Assembly: GCA_028534125.1 (NCBI GenBank) | Contig: CM052820.1 | Span: forward strand, 868,001 to 932,000 | Length of the DNA: 64,000 nucleotides | Direction of reading: 5' to 3' | Source of the DNA: Lama glama | Taxonomy: Eukaryota | Shown here: positions 13,001 to 24,729 of the stretch, piece by piece | Numbering within the stretch: the stretch's first letter is position 1 | Layout of the letters: each line of letters opens with the position of its first letter | Translations under genes and position numbers: made by a program | Notes under the pieces: model-generated | Databases searched by the model: none | What the model saw: only the letters and a program-made list of their open reading frames with translations | What the model was told of the DNA's origin: nothing

Positions 13001-16000
13001 CACACGCCCACAGGGACAGGCTGTCAGCCCCCCGCAGGAAGTACAAAATTAAAAGCCAAGCGCCTGGGTGAGCGGACAGGCTGTGTCGTCCTGCGCCAGC
13101 CACCCTCCTGTCCCCTGGGGAGAGCAGGACAGGTGTCTCCACGGTGATCCTCAGACAGCTCCACGAGGCCAGAACATTACCACCAGGTTTTGTAGGGAGG
13201 GGACTGAGGGAGGCTGGGAGGTGAAGTGACCGCCCGGGCGGGTCCTCAGCAGCCCTCCTGACACCTCTGCTCACTGAAGAGCCCCTCTCACCCCAAAGCC
13301 TACAGCTGGGTGCCCCCTGCCAGCTGTGCCAATGGCTGCTTCTGCTCCCCTTCCTTTGGCCAGACCCACAGTGGGCAAGGCGGGGAGCAAGTCCCATGGA
13401 CTCAGGTTGGAGCTGGGTCTGTAGGAGGACAGCTCGGGGGAGGATGTGGGGCTCCTGGGACCGTCCCTGTCCCCACCCCACACTGGGCGGGGGCCAGGCC
13501 TGGGGCGGTTACCTTCCAGACGTGCAGGCCCACGGCCTGGTAGTCCTTGCTGGGGAAGCTCGTGGGGTCCCCCACCGGTGCCCGGGCCCGGGCCACCCCA
13601 TCCGCCCCGCGTCTCTGCAGGAGGGCGACGTACACCTCGCTCGGCTCTGAGACCCGCAGCCAGAACTTGGGGTTGCTGGGGAAGCCACTGTTGTTCCGGC
13701 AGCCTCCTGCCGACTGGCCCTTGACCCAGGCCCCAGGCAGCGCCTGAGTGTGGCACAGCGCCTTTCCTGGGCAGGAGCACACATGTCAGCTGTGGGGACA
13801 GCCGTCTCGCCCTCACCCCACTACAGCACCAGGAAGCCAGCACCACCAAGAGCCCCGCACCCGGCTACCTCTCCACCCGGACGGGAGGGAAAAGAACCAT
13901 CTCTCCGCCCTGAAAGGAAGCCAGTGGGGCCAGAGCCGTGCCCCGGCACCCCCACAGGGGGACAGGGCGCGGGCCCTGCCCTCCGACTGTAGCAGGCAGA
14001 GCCCATCGGGGCCGCTGCGCCCCCACGAGGGCCCTCCCTCACCTGAGTAGAGGCTCTGCAGGTGGCCGGCCTCTGTGACTGGGTAGCCGATGGTGACCTC
14101 GTCAAACTCCTGCAGGAACTCCTCCTCCTCCACCCAGAACTCCCCTTCCTGGAGCTGGGACAGCAACTCGGACCTGTCAGCTGCGTCCACCTGGCTCCAC
14201 CCTTCGCCCCTGGAAGGAACCTCTCTTCAGCGGGGCTTCTCGCCCCAGAGCTGCTGGCAGCTGGCGCCGAGGAGCGGGGCAGTGGGCACCACAGGGGCCC
14301 TGCGGCAGGACTGCCAGCCGCCTCGGGCCCCCTCCCCTCTCTCAGGGCCCTCACCAGGCCGGGTAGGTGCGAGGGGCACGCTGGCCTCGTCGCTCCAGGT
14401 GGAGCTGCCGCACCCCAGGTAAAGCCCTGGCTGGGGAGGGAGCAGCCCGGTCCTGCCCCCAGCCCCAGGCCCCGGGGGGGAGCCGTCCCAGGCCAGGACT
14501 CAAAGCTGAGCTGGGACACTGCTGCAGGCCTGTCACCTGCAGCCTGGCGGGGCAGCCACCGTTCTGTGGGTGCCCTCAAGACAGGCTCAGGCCCCAGCAC
14601 GGCCTGAGTCCCAGTGCCCGGCACTAGGCCAGCCTTGTGAGCATGGGGGCCCAGGAACAGGTGCCCAGTGGGCCGCGCGGAGACCAACCAAATGCTGTTC
14701 TGACTGTGGACCAAGCCACAGGCAGCAGGCACACACACGGTCAGTACGGCTCCTGGCTGCCCTGGGCCCCACGCCCCTTCCCAACAGCAGCACGGTGACC
14801 CACGGCGCCCACACTCACCCCTCTCTCCAGGGCCCCTGCCAACACCGCCGACCCCAAGGGTTCTGGATCCGCAGCAGCAGGATGCTCTGGCCAGCCCGAC
14901 CCCGCAGCTCTCGCAGATCAGAGACAATGAAAGCGTGGAATGACCCCAGCGCCCCGGAACCTGGGTGGGAACGGCTCGTCATGGCCCGGAAGGCCCCACG
15001 GTGAGCAGACACACAGCTCTGTCTCCTTGCCCGGGCCGCTCCAGCCCACCCAGCCATGGCCGCACAGACCCCTGGATCTCCAAGGGCCACCAGGGGCTCC
15101 TCTCTTGACCAGTTGTGGACAAGCCCGCGTGGGAGCGGCCTGACCAAGTGTACAGCCACAGCCAGGGGCCTGGTCTGGACTTTGGCTTGGTTGCCACCAG
15201 TCCCGGCAACTATTTCTTCTGTGGGCCTCGGTCCTCGCCTGGTGGATGGGGGTGGTTCTCACACAGGCTGCTATCATCACTGTCACTGGTGGGCCAATGA
15301 CGCCAGAGAGAAGAGAAACCTCCTCTCGGGGAGGCCCGCTAGGGAGACCAGGGACATCAGGGATTGACCCGAAACCAGCGGGAGGCCCAGGGGCCCAGAA
15401 GTGTAAAAGGGCTCCACCTGGCCAGAGACCTTGGGACAAACGGGCATAGAAGTGGAGACACCAAGCAGAGGACGCTGCCCCACCTGGAAGCTGGGGTGGT
15501 GGTCCAGACAGAAGACAAGAAACTCCTGGAATGTCTTCAAAGGTTTACTCAGGAAGGCACTGCAGCCACCACTCTGGGTGTCCCACCCATGTCCCCAGCC
15601 CCTTGCCTCTTCGAGGGGCTCCAGCTGACCTCCATCTCTGCCTAGGGGTTCCACCAGAGCCTGAAGTGCCAAGAATTAGCCCTACCCCAGCCTGGACAGC
15701 TGATGCCAAACAGGCCAGCCCCCACCTGTGTCAGAGCCTCAGCCCCTCACCCCCAGGGTGCTCCCCAACGCCATCCTGAGCTCTGCCTGCGGGGAACCCA
15801 GACCAGGGCTGTGCCAGCCCGCACACACCAGGCAGTGTGACGGTCAGCATGTGGCAGTTTACCTTCAGGTCCATGTTCTTTGGCCAAAAGCCTGATCATG
15901 AAAATAATCTTAAACAGGAAAACAGTTCTGCCCAAAGACGTTCACCGCAGTGTTACTTCCAACAGCATAGAGCTGGGAAGACCCTAAAACCCCGGCACCG

Positions 16001-19000
16001 AGGAGGGAGCGAGGAAAACCAGGCAGACACGCAGGAAACGTGGTGCCGGCCACGTCTACACAGCAGTGGAGGAAGGGGGTAAACACAGAACATCAAGCAC
16101 ACGAGTGCTCATGAGAAGCACTGAGAAAGGGCGCTCAAGCCCGAAGCAGTCAAATCTGGGTGACTTCTCTCCTCAGCACACGCTGCTCGATGAGCACACG
16201 TGTTACTAAGCGGACCCGAGCGCTCCCTCTGCCAGGTCGCCAGCCGGGCCGGAGATGTCCCGCGACCTGCCTCGCCCCAGTGGGAAGTCCTGGCCAAGGG
16301 AAAAGGGACACTTCCTTCTGGAGAAGGGCAGTCAGGGAGAGACGGTCACACCCCCAGACGCCAGCTCCGAAGGACAGGGTCCTATTCTCTACTGAGTCCC
16401 GAAACGACCACCGTAACACACGCCCGTGTGCTGGCGGGAGGCGGCGAGGGGTGCGGGTGCGCAGGCCCACCGCCACCGGCCTCCCGCCTCACCTGTTCTG
16501 GGGCTGAGCACCGAGCAGCTTAGCAGACAGCGGTCCTTCAGGCCAAGCAGCTGCCGGCAGGTCCGGCACTCTGTGGCCCCGGGCCTGTCCTGATGGCCAC
16601 TAGTTCTCGCCAAGTCCTTCAGGTTCCACCTTTCTGCCAGGCCACCCGTTAGGTCCACCAGGGCATCCGCCACCTGCCCTGCCCACAGGTGCTCATAGGA
16701 GCCATGGACCCTAGGGAGACAGCCAGGAGCGGGTGAGGCGAAGGCCCTGGGCCCCCAGACCCTCTTCTGTCCCCCGCGGTCCATCTTCTGACCTACTTCA
16801 ATCGCTTCTCCTTCCTCCCCCTTCACTCCCACCTTGTCCTCACCAAGTCCAGACACAATCTCGCCCCCAGTGGGTGATGCACAGGGTCCCGTACACCCCG
16901 CTGCCTCCGCCCACTCCTCTGGCTCCCACGACCAAGCCCACGGCCCGGACAGCAGTGTGGGACGGTGGGCTCACTCACACGGATGCTGCCAGCAGGCCCC
17001 TCACTTTTTCAGTTTCTCTGCCCGAAGGCCTGCCTAGCAGTCCAGCCTCTTTCAGCAGGACGGTAAGTGCGTCCTGAGAGAAGTTCTTCAGTTCAGACTC
17101 AGGTGAGGGCCCTGGTCTCACTCGGGGCCACGACAAACAAGCACTGACACCTCAGTGGCCTCATTCCTCCCCAGCAACTGGCAGAGAGGCCGCCTGTCCT
17201 CAGCGGTGACAAACAAATGGTGGAGACATTTTTCTTGCTCAGGTTTAAGGAAAGAGAAAGGAGAAAACACACACCCTCTCTCTGGACTTCACGCCCGACT
17301 CTGAACGAGGGCAGGGAGAGGAGTGGGCAGCGGGGAGGGCAAACCACAGGCCAAGTCTCAGAGTTTTGCTGCTGGACTGCTTGGCCCCACCCCAGCACTG
17401 GCCGCCAGACCCTTGGTGCTAACCAGGGTGCGGCAGCCCAGGGGGAGTGGACGTGCCTCCCGGGGTCCCGAGCCCACCCCGCCCGGCCCTCCAGGCCCCT
17501 GGCGCTCGTACTTGGCGTAGACCTTCTCCAGTAAGGGAAGCCAGAACACATCCTCTCTCTGGCACCGGGAGAAGCAGAGTCTCCCTGCAAGACAAGGCAG
17601 ACGGTCATCTATGGTCACCTCCACCCAGTGTCCAAACTGCCAAATTCGACAGGTGAAGGAGCCACGGTACGTCCGCTCGAGCCAGCTCGGCTGTCCCGGA
17701 GGGAAGACCTGCCACGTGCGGGGGGAGGCAAAAGGAGGCCGTGAGAGACGGGCATCAAGTGTGCTTTCAAGCACCCAGACCAGAGTGGGACCGTGCTGCT
17801 GTGCAAAGGACTCCACCCTACCCCACGCCCAGCTGCTAGTGCTCATGGAAAACCCAGTCGCTGGACAGAAGACCAACAGACCTTTCAATTAAACATGCTA
17901 AGACCACACTGAGCGAGCCAAGCGTCTCCTAAAGCTGAAAGTCAACCAGTACGTCCCACTGTCCCAAACAAGCACCTGACCTGAATCTAAGCAAACTTGA
18001 CTTCGCAGGCCTGAGTGACCCCATTCTTGACTGAGTGGCTGAGGTGGCAGGTCCCCAGGGGCACAGCACCCACCCCCTTCCCTGCTGGAGCCCGGGCCTC
18101 AGGAACTCTGCCAGCGCCCGGCCCACCGCCGTTCACTGCTGGGTCTGCGATCCCCGCCCCGTGTGGAGAGGCAGGAGGGCTCTGCGCCCAGGCAGCCTCG
18201 TTTGGTCCTGGCTCTGCCCCTTAGCAAGACGATGACAGTGGTTTCAGCGCCCTAATTTGTGAGAAAGGGCCAAGGCCGGCAAGGCGTGCAAGAATGACAG
18301 CCAGCACCACAGTGTGCTTATTAGCACGGGACCCGGTCACCAGTGTCAACGAAGCTGAGCTCATCAGTGACTCTCAGCACCAGCCAAGCGTGACGACCCT
18401 GAGGAGGGTGTCCGAGAGGCCGTCTCTACCTGCCCTACTGCCTAGCATCAGGAACTGTTCTCATCACCGTCTGCCAACCGATACAGACCCTGTAAAAACC
18501 CCGACAAGCCAGAGACTTACTCCCCACCAGGAGCACAGGATCCCTCAGCTGCCCCTTCCCCTCCCTGGGCTGGCACGCTTGTCTTTATTCCAGTTGCACG
18601 GCTGACTACATGGGAACGCAGGGCCGAGCAGGGCAGAAAGCACCCTGGCTGGACGCCTGCAGGAGGGGGTTGTCTCTGCATCTGAGCCCGGAGCGCCCAC
18701 GGTCTGACAGCCCGGCTCTCACTGTCCACTAACCACACTGGGCAGTCGCGGCAGAGCCCCGCAGAGCAAGAGGTTAGCTGTCCCCACTTCCCTCCTGCGC
18801 ATGCAGACAGGGAGAAAGAGCAGGGAGGAACCCACGAGGCTGCAGGCACCTGGTCCAGGAGGTGCTGGCTTTTCTGCAGGGCGGCGCAGGCGCACAGGAA
18901 CCAGCAGTCCCCCAGCAGCCCTTGCTTCACCTGTCCTTCCTGCGGGTTATCTGCAAACAGCCGGGGTGTGGCACAGATTTCCTGAAAGAAAAAAAGGTGT

Positions 19001-21445
19001 CCAGAATTACACCATGCCTGATGGCTAGTCTTTAAAACAAAGAACACAGGATCTATGTGATGGCAGCTGAGGAGGAGCTTTTCTGGTCATCCACATTGTC
19101 CAAGTGGATGGGGGAAGGCGGCAAAACAGCTGGCTTCTTGCAGGAATTATCCATCTGCCCCTCCTGCTTCAGAGCCCCGTGTCCAGCTTAGATTCTGGGG
19201 TCCCTGTCTGCGTCCACATTCCTCAATTGGCTAACCCCCCAACTCTGGATGAATCTTCCCCTCCCCTCCAGACACCTTGTTCATGACGGCAAGTCTCAGG
19301 TGGGCTCCCTGAACTAATTCTCTCAAAGGCTCAATATTCACATGCCAGGCTAGTGTACACCTTCTCCTTCCTCCTTTTCTCAAAACACCCACGTCCCTTG
19401 AAGCAGGTGACCTCATGACCCGATGCTTCCTCAGGAGCTACCTGACCTGACCCCCTCTCCTGCCCTATGTGCCTGAATTCTTCCCACAACTCCCTTCTCT
19501 CCCACCTCTACACAGAATCCCACCTGCATGGAGCACAAGAGAGAATGTCTCGTCTTCTCTGAGACCATCCGTGGGCACGGTTCCCCTCTTGGCCCTTCAC
19601 TGACAAACTTCTCAAAGCAGCTGCTATCCCTGCTTCCTCCCTTCCGGTCACTTGGTCACTTGCAAGGCCAGCCCGCTGAGCCAGTCATGCCCCTCAAGCT
19701 GCTTCTTTCCAATGTCGTCTCTGTGTCCTCATCTTTCCCAACGCTTGCAGCACTGGAGCAGTGGCTGCCCCTCCCCCAGCGGTCCCTTCCTGGCTTCCAT
19801 GATTCCATGCACTTTTGGCTCCTTCCACCTAACTGCCTGCTGCTACTCAAGTCTACCTGTTAAGGTACCTGGGGTCCCCCAAGGCTCATTTCCAAGCCCT
19901 CTCTTCTCTGTCCATGCTTTCTCCTCAAATACTCTTCCAGACCCTGGACAGTTAGCCATCTGTTACTGAGCCAATGCCCAGCATCTGGCCCAGATCTTCC
20001 TGAGCTCCCAACTCTCACATCCACTTGCCTACTGTCAGCTCTGCTTGAACATGCAAGACCAAAACCCAGGCCTAGATTTCCACCCTACCCTTCCTCCACC
20101 CCCAGTTCTCCCCAGCATGTCACACAGGACCACTGTTCACGCGGGGGCCCAGGCTGGGAACCCGGAAGTCGTCCCTGATCTCTCCTTCATCCTCACCTTC
20201 TGCTTCCAGTCGGTCACCGAGACCAATCAACCCTCTCTTCAAAGTACTTCTCAAATCCACCTGCTCCAAAGCACCATCCTAATGGCCGTCACGCTAATCT
20301 AAGCCCCTTCGTCTTTTGCCAAGATCACTGCAATAGCCATCTGTATTCTTTCCCAACAATCCATTTCACCTGGCAGTGAGAGGGCGCTTCCTAAAACAAA
20401 TCCAGCGGGGAGGGTAGAGCTCAGCGGTGGAGCGCATGCTGAGCACGCACTAAGTCCTGCGTTCCGCCTCCAGTAGCTCCACCAAAAAAGTTAAAAACAC
20501 AAATCTAGTTGAACCACTCTTCCACTAAAAACAGTCTAATGGCCTCCTAATGCACCTAACACCCTTTTTTTAACCCAAATTCCACTGGCATGGCCGATCA
20601 GGTTCTTTGGCCCTGGCCACCTCCATGACAAACAGTGTTGCCCAAGGAAAGTAACTGTTGCCAGAGCCAAACGAGTCTGGCTTTGTTCCAGAGCTGGTGC
20701 CACGTAGATGTCTCCGCTAAGGCTGTATATACACTCAGAGTGCAGGGCTGCCCCTTGGGCAGTCTTACTCAGCCAATACACCACTTCTAAAGATTATCAA
20801 CATAGCACTAGCCAGGAGCATCCCTCTAAACTGCCACCTTAAAACGTTCACATCTGAAAGAGCAAGTGCACAAAGTCCAAAACAGGAATTTGGGAGCAAA
20901 ACGGCTTTGCTTTGTAGGCTCGGTCTGGCCCCTCCGGAAGAGCAGGAGAGTAGCGCACTCAAGCAGCAGAACAAGACCGCTTGTGGCAGAAGAGCCACGC
21001 AGACCAGGAGCCCATCAGAGCGGAGGCAGGCGGGGCTCAACCTGCGCCTGAGAAAACACTTCGAACCGCTTACTGAATAGAGCGCTGGCAGGTGGGGCCG
21101 TGAGCTCGGGTCCAGCACACCCCGAGCGCGCTGGAGAGGGAGCCGGGACGCAGTCCTGAGGGCGGCGGCGGTGGCCGCGGCAGCAGCAGACCCTGCCGAC
21201 CGCTGTGTGCCCAGCCCGGCCGACCCCAGCCACCGCTCCCGCCCGGCCTCCGCGCTCGCACCCCGGCAGGAGGCAGCCCCGACAGGCCCGGCGCGAGACC
21301 CGCGCGCCCCCCGCCCCACCTGGGGCCGCCTCCACGTGATTTCCTCCCGGAACTGGGCCAGCGGCGTGGAGAAGCTGGAGAAGAGCGAGGAGTCCGAGGC
21401 CGGGAACGCGGCGTCCCGGAAGAGCTCCCTGGCCGGCTCCCGCAT
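9994..21445 (-). CDS. CAPN10: Calpain-10, whole gene span (12 coding exons, 1971 nt, 656 aa)
   Basis: Spliced [25 protein letters not shown]...SFMAVMKT*. Catalytic triad motifs [12 protein letters not shown] and IQNPWG; two C2L/domain III repeats. Exon phases are all consistent. Confidence 0.98.
10236..10281 (-). CDS. CAPN10: CAPN10 exon 11
   Basis: [15 protein letters not shown]|gtacgt; 46 nt. Confidence 0.93.
10493..10692 (-). CDS. CAPN10: CAPN10 exon 10
   Basis: VPADGG...[25 protein letters not shown]; 200 nt. Confidence 0.95.
12089..12344 (-). CDS. CAPN10: CAPN10 exon 9 (GC donor)
   Basis: SAIK...[22 protein letters not shown]...HPIGFHVFQ|gcaggc; 256 nt. Confidence 0.88.
12477..12679 (-). 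CDS. CAPN10: CAPN10 exon 8
   Basis: [10 protein letters not shown]...YYLAVPSTF...[13 protein letters not shown]; 203 nt. Confidence 0.95.
13513..13766 (-). CDS. CAPN10: CAPN10 exon 7
   Basis: [15 protein letters not shown]...NPKFWL...GLHVWK|gtaacc; 254 nt. Confidence 0.95.
14043..14209 (-). CDS. CAPN10: CAPN10 exon 6
   Basis: [10 protein letters not shown]...[11 protein letters not shown]...LQSLYS; 167 nt. Confidence 0.95.
14819..14960 (-). CDS. CAPN10: CAPN10 exon 5 (catalytic His and Asn)
   Basis: [14 protein letters not shown]...[20 protein letters not shown]; 142 nt. Confidence 0.95.
16493..16710 (-). CDS. CAPN10: CAPN10 exon 4
   Basis: [23 protein letters not shown]...; 218 nt; AG/GT flanks. 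Confidence 0.95.
17512..17708 (-). CDS. CAPN10: CAPN10 exon 3
   Basis: VFPPGQPSW...DDRLPC...LLEKVYAK; 197 nt; donor AA|gtacga. Confidence 0.95.
18850..18981 (-). CDS. CAPN10: CAPN10 exon 2 (catalytic Cys)
   Basis: ttctttcag|EICATPRLF...GDCWFLC...LLDQ|gtgcct; 132 nt. Confidence 0.96.
19550..20620 (+). mobile_element. L2 LINE fragment in CAPN10 intron 1
   Basis: Pyrimidine-rich with L2 hallmarks (ggggtcccccaaggctc...ctgagctccca...gatcactgcaatagcc). Confidence 0.75.
20407..20500 (+). mobile_element. Camelid tRNA-derived SINE (Vic-type) inserted in L2
   Basis: ggggagggtagagctcagcggtggagcgcatgc... with A tail; imperfect TSD acaaatc(c/t)ag. Confidence 0.85.
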
Positions 21446-22250
21446 CTTGGGCGCCCCGGGCTCCCATCTGCGGGCCGCGCCCCGGCGCCGAGCGCAGCCG
21501 AGGGGGCGCGCGGCCCCGAAGGGAGAGCGAGCCGGCCGCGGTCCCACCTGCCCCGCGGGACCCACGATCCCACCAGCCGGGGTGTCCGCCCGCTCCGTCG
21601 CCCCGGTAACCGCCGTCCTAGGCGGCAGCCAATCAGGCGCGGGGCTCCTGGTCACATGACGGAGCGGCCCAATCGCATTCAAGCGTTGGGAAGCGAGTCC
21701 AAGCCGGAGTCCCAGCCCAGGGGGTGTGGTTCCCGGCTGGGTTCTCGCGAGGCCGCGCCGTCGCCCCGGCTGCACTTCTTGCGGAGCCGGGGGCTCCGAA
21801 CTGTCCCAGCCGAGATTCACACCTGGGAGGTTGGAGGACGTCTTCTCCTCGGGCCCGTGCGGCTCGCGTCGGGGCGTCGGGGCCGCCTGCACTGGGGCTG
21901 AAGGGACCGGAGAGGCCGCCTGGGCCGAGGTCGGGCCGCGAACTACGGGTCCCCGCGTGCAGCGCCGCCTCCCAGAACGGGCTTCTTCCGGCGCGGGGCG
22001 GCTGTCCGGCCGCCTGCTGTCCGGGCCGCCGGTGGCCGGCGCTTGGCACGGCGGGCTCCGAGCCGCCCGGGCCGCTGTGGCGTCTGCTACTGGTGGGGTT
22101 GTGTGCTGGGGTGCTGGGGAATGTTAGCGCCCCGGGGACGGCCTTCCCAGGCCGTCTGGGACCAGACGCTGGATCCTGAGCGGGGCAGGCGATGAGGCTG
22201 GAGCGCCCCCCTGGTCCCCGGATGGCCGGGCCTCTGGTCCTGGTGGGCCA
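20950..22250. promoter_or_regulatory. CAPN10 CpG island promoter
   Basis: Dense CpG. X-box-like GTCGCCCCGGTAAC 21597-21610, CCAAT 21629-21633 and 21669-21673, E/M-box GTCACATGAC 21651-21660. Confidence 0.85.
21320..21445 (-). CDS. CAPN10: CAPN10 coding exon 1
   Basis: ATG at 21445; MREPAREL...TWRRPQ; donor CAG|gtgggg. Confidence 0.95.
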
Positions 22251-24729
22251 GACAGTGACACGCTGGACTTGCGGTTGTAGTTCATGGCCGCTCAGTGCTG
22301 CGGATTGGTGAGGACAGTGATTCGGGATCTGCCCCAGGATTCACCTTTGCTGCAGGTGGGGAACCTGCCCGTCCCCACCCCCGTTCCCCGGAAGGAAGGA
22401 CGGACGGCAGCCAGTCAGAGCCTTTTTCACCGACTGCCCTTCCAAGCCTGCCTCACTGTGGCCGGAGCCTCCACAAAGGGTCGCACGGTGGAGAAGGGTC
22501 CTCAACCCTTCTAGGAAGCTCTCTGCCACCTACTAGAGCGTCACCGATTTTGCATCCGCCAGCCGCTTTTAGCTGGCCTTCCAGTTATGAAGGGCCACCA
22601 GATCAAAGCCCTTCTGCAGTCAAATCCAAAAAGTCCTACTGCTGATGAGAAACACCCTGATTTAAGAGACTGTGCCCTGACCTTGCTCTGGAGTCCAGCG
22701 TTGCTGTAACAGCTGCAGTCTCTTCCTCTGAAAGGCTGGGCAGGGCCTGCAGGGGGAGCAGGTGCTGGTGCTGACATGAGGTTGCGCTGTCTTGACCCCA
22801 CCCGGCCCCGGCCCCGGCCCCGGCCCCCTGGTTTGAGGGCCTAGGGTACTCATCTCTCCTGAGGTTCTAGAAGAGGGACTGGCTGCATCTTCTGCCATCG
22901 CTGTTTGGGGTGCTTAATTCAGGACCATTCAGCACCCACATGGCGCTAACTCTCCCAGAAGATGGTTTTGATTCCTTGGCAGGCTGGAGACTGCAGTGTA
23001 GCTGAAAAGAATCAGAAAGGGCCTGGTCTCTGCTTCATGTGGAAGTCCTGAAGGAGTAAGAGAAATTCCTTCCCTGTCCTGGGGTGTTGGGCAACTGGTC
23101 TGCCCCAGGTAACCCATAGGGGTGGTGAGCAGCAGAGCTGGGGCCAGCCCAAGATCTGGACTTAGAGTGGGGACTTATGCCGGGCTGCTTGCCCAGGCTT
23201 GCAAGCTCTGGAGAGCAGGCAGCTTCCTATGGACATATCAGTGTCCAGGGCTGGGCCCATGCCCAGAGAAGGGGCCAGGAGACAGTGGGTGCTGGGTAGG
23301 CGGCAGCCCAAATCTGCAGGAATGGGTCTGTGACCAGCACTGAGATAGCACTAAGGCAGCTCTCCTGTGGCCTGCCTGGGACAGCTCCTCCCGGGCCACC
23401 TTACCCTCACTTGCCCTGTGGTCCCACCCCCCACCCTGGGTACAGAGAAGCTCCCCTGGCCAATGAGTAGTGCATTCCCCTCTCCCTCTGGGGCCCACCC
23501 CTGAGCCCTGTGCAGAGTGGGGCCTCTGGTGCGTGGGTGTCAGGAGGAGTTGGAAGCAGCCTGGGGTGTTGAGACGAGGAAGTACTCTGGAAGCAGCTAG
23601 TTCACGACCACAGCTTCCACAACTGCGGACCCTGGGATGGGCGGTTAAAGTCTGGCCTCACAGCCCTCACTGTAAGGCAGGCACACAGTGCTGTTTGAAG
23701 GTTGCAGGAGGATGAGGTTGAATGTCCCCCCAGCCCTCAGGCAGGATCAGTCTCCCCACTGACCACACTGCCAGCTGGACTGTGTACCACATGCATCTGA
23801 CCTCTTCCTTTCCCAAGCCCATGGGTGGAATTCACAGTGCCCCAAGCCCCCAGGTTGTCACCTCTGGAGTCTGCTCTCTATGGCTTTGCTCACACGTGCT
23901 CTGCCTAGGTGACTGCTGTGGTCTTTAAGAGATGTTCCCTAACTTCCCAGACAGGAGGGGTCTCTCTCTCTCTCTCTCCTGAACCCCCACATCTCTCCCC
24001 AGTTTGTTCATTGGGCAATAACTGGGTTCTGCATTCTTACGAGGATAGATTAGAAATTAGTGTTCTGCCCGCAAATCAGCCAGAGTTCGGGGAGTCGGGA
24101 CGGGGGGAGCTGGGATGCCCCAAGTGAAGGGACAGGCAGCAGTAGTTTGTGGGGAAGAAGGGGAGGTGTGCTGGCCAGAGGGCACAGCCCTGGCTTGGCT
24201 GATAGCCACGTTCCATGGGGCCCCACTGCACAGCTGCTCCTGCCTCACCAGGAACCCTGGCTCTGATTCTGCACATCTGCTGGCAGCTGGGGCTTCTGGA
24301 CCTCTCCCCAGCTCCAGAGCCAGAAGTTTTAGAAAGGGGCGTGTGCCCCAGCTCCGGGCAGTGGGGTGCAAGGAGCAGTCTTCTGGGGACTGCTGGGCAA
24401 GTTCTCCAGTCCACAGAAGGCCCAAGGATGGAGTGTTCTTCCGCAGGCAGACTTTGGATAATGGCGTGTGAGGATGTGGCACCAGAAACAGCTGCAGCCG
24501 GCTTGTGACCACAGGGGGACAAGCCGCAGGACAAAAGCCAGTGTGCCTAGAAGCCAGAGCAGAAAGAGAAATAACCTGGATCTCTGGTGATGTCCCTGAG
24601 TCCCTGGGCTGGCCCGTCCTAGGGTCACTTCTGGTCACAGGAGACTGCAGGTGCAGTTTTACCTTTTGAGTAATTTTGAGCTGGATCTTTTGTTTCAGCT
24701 GCACAAGCACTGAGTGGAGACCTTGCGCT

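Noticed and set aside
13767-14042. Equivalent of the human CAPN10 intron-6 32-bp indel repeat
   Set aside because: No tandem 32-bp repeat is visible in this 276-bp intron
20765-21892. Long ORFs in CpG islands (375 aa here, 301 aa at 49198-50103, 450 aa at 38963-40315)
   Set aside because: Stop-poor GC-rich sequence or N-runs with low-complexity P/R/G/A content; only the embedded exon portions match real proteins
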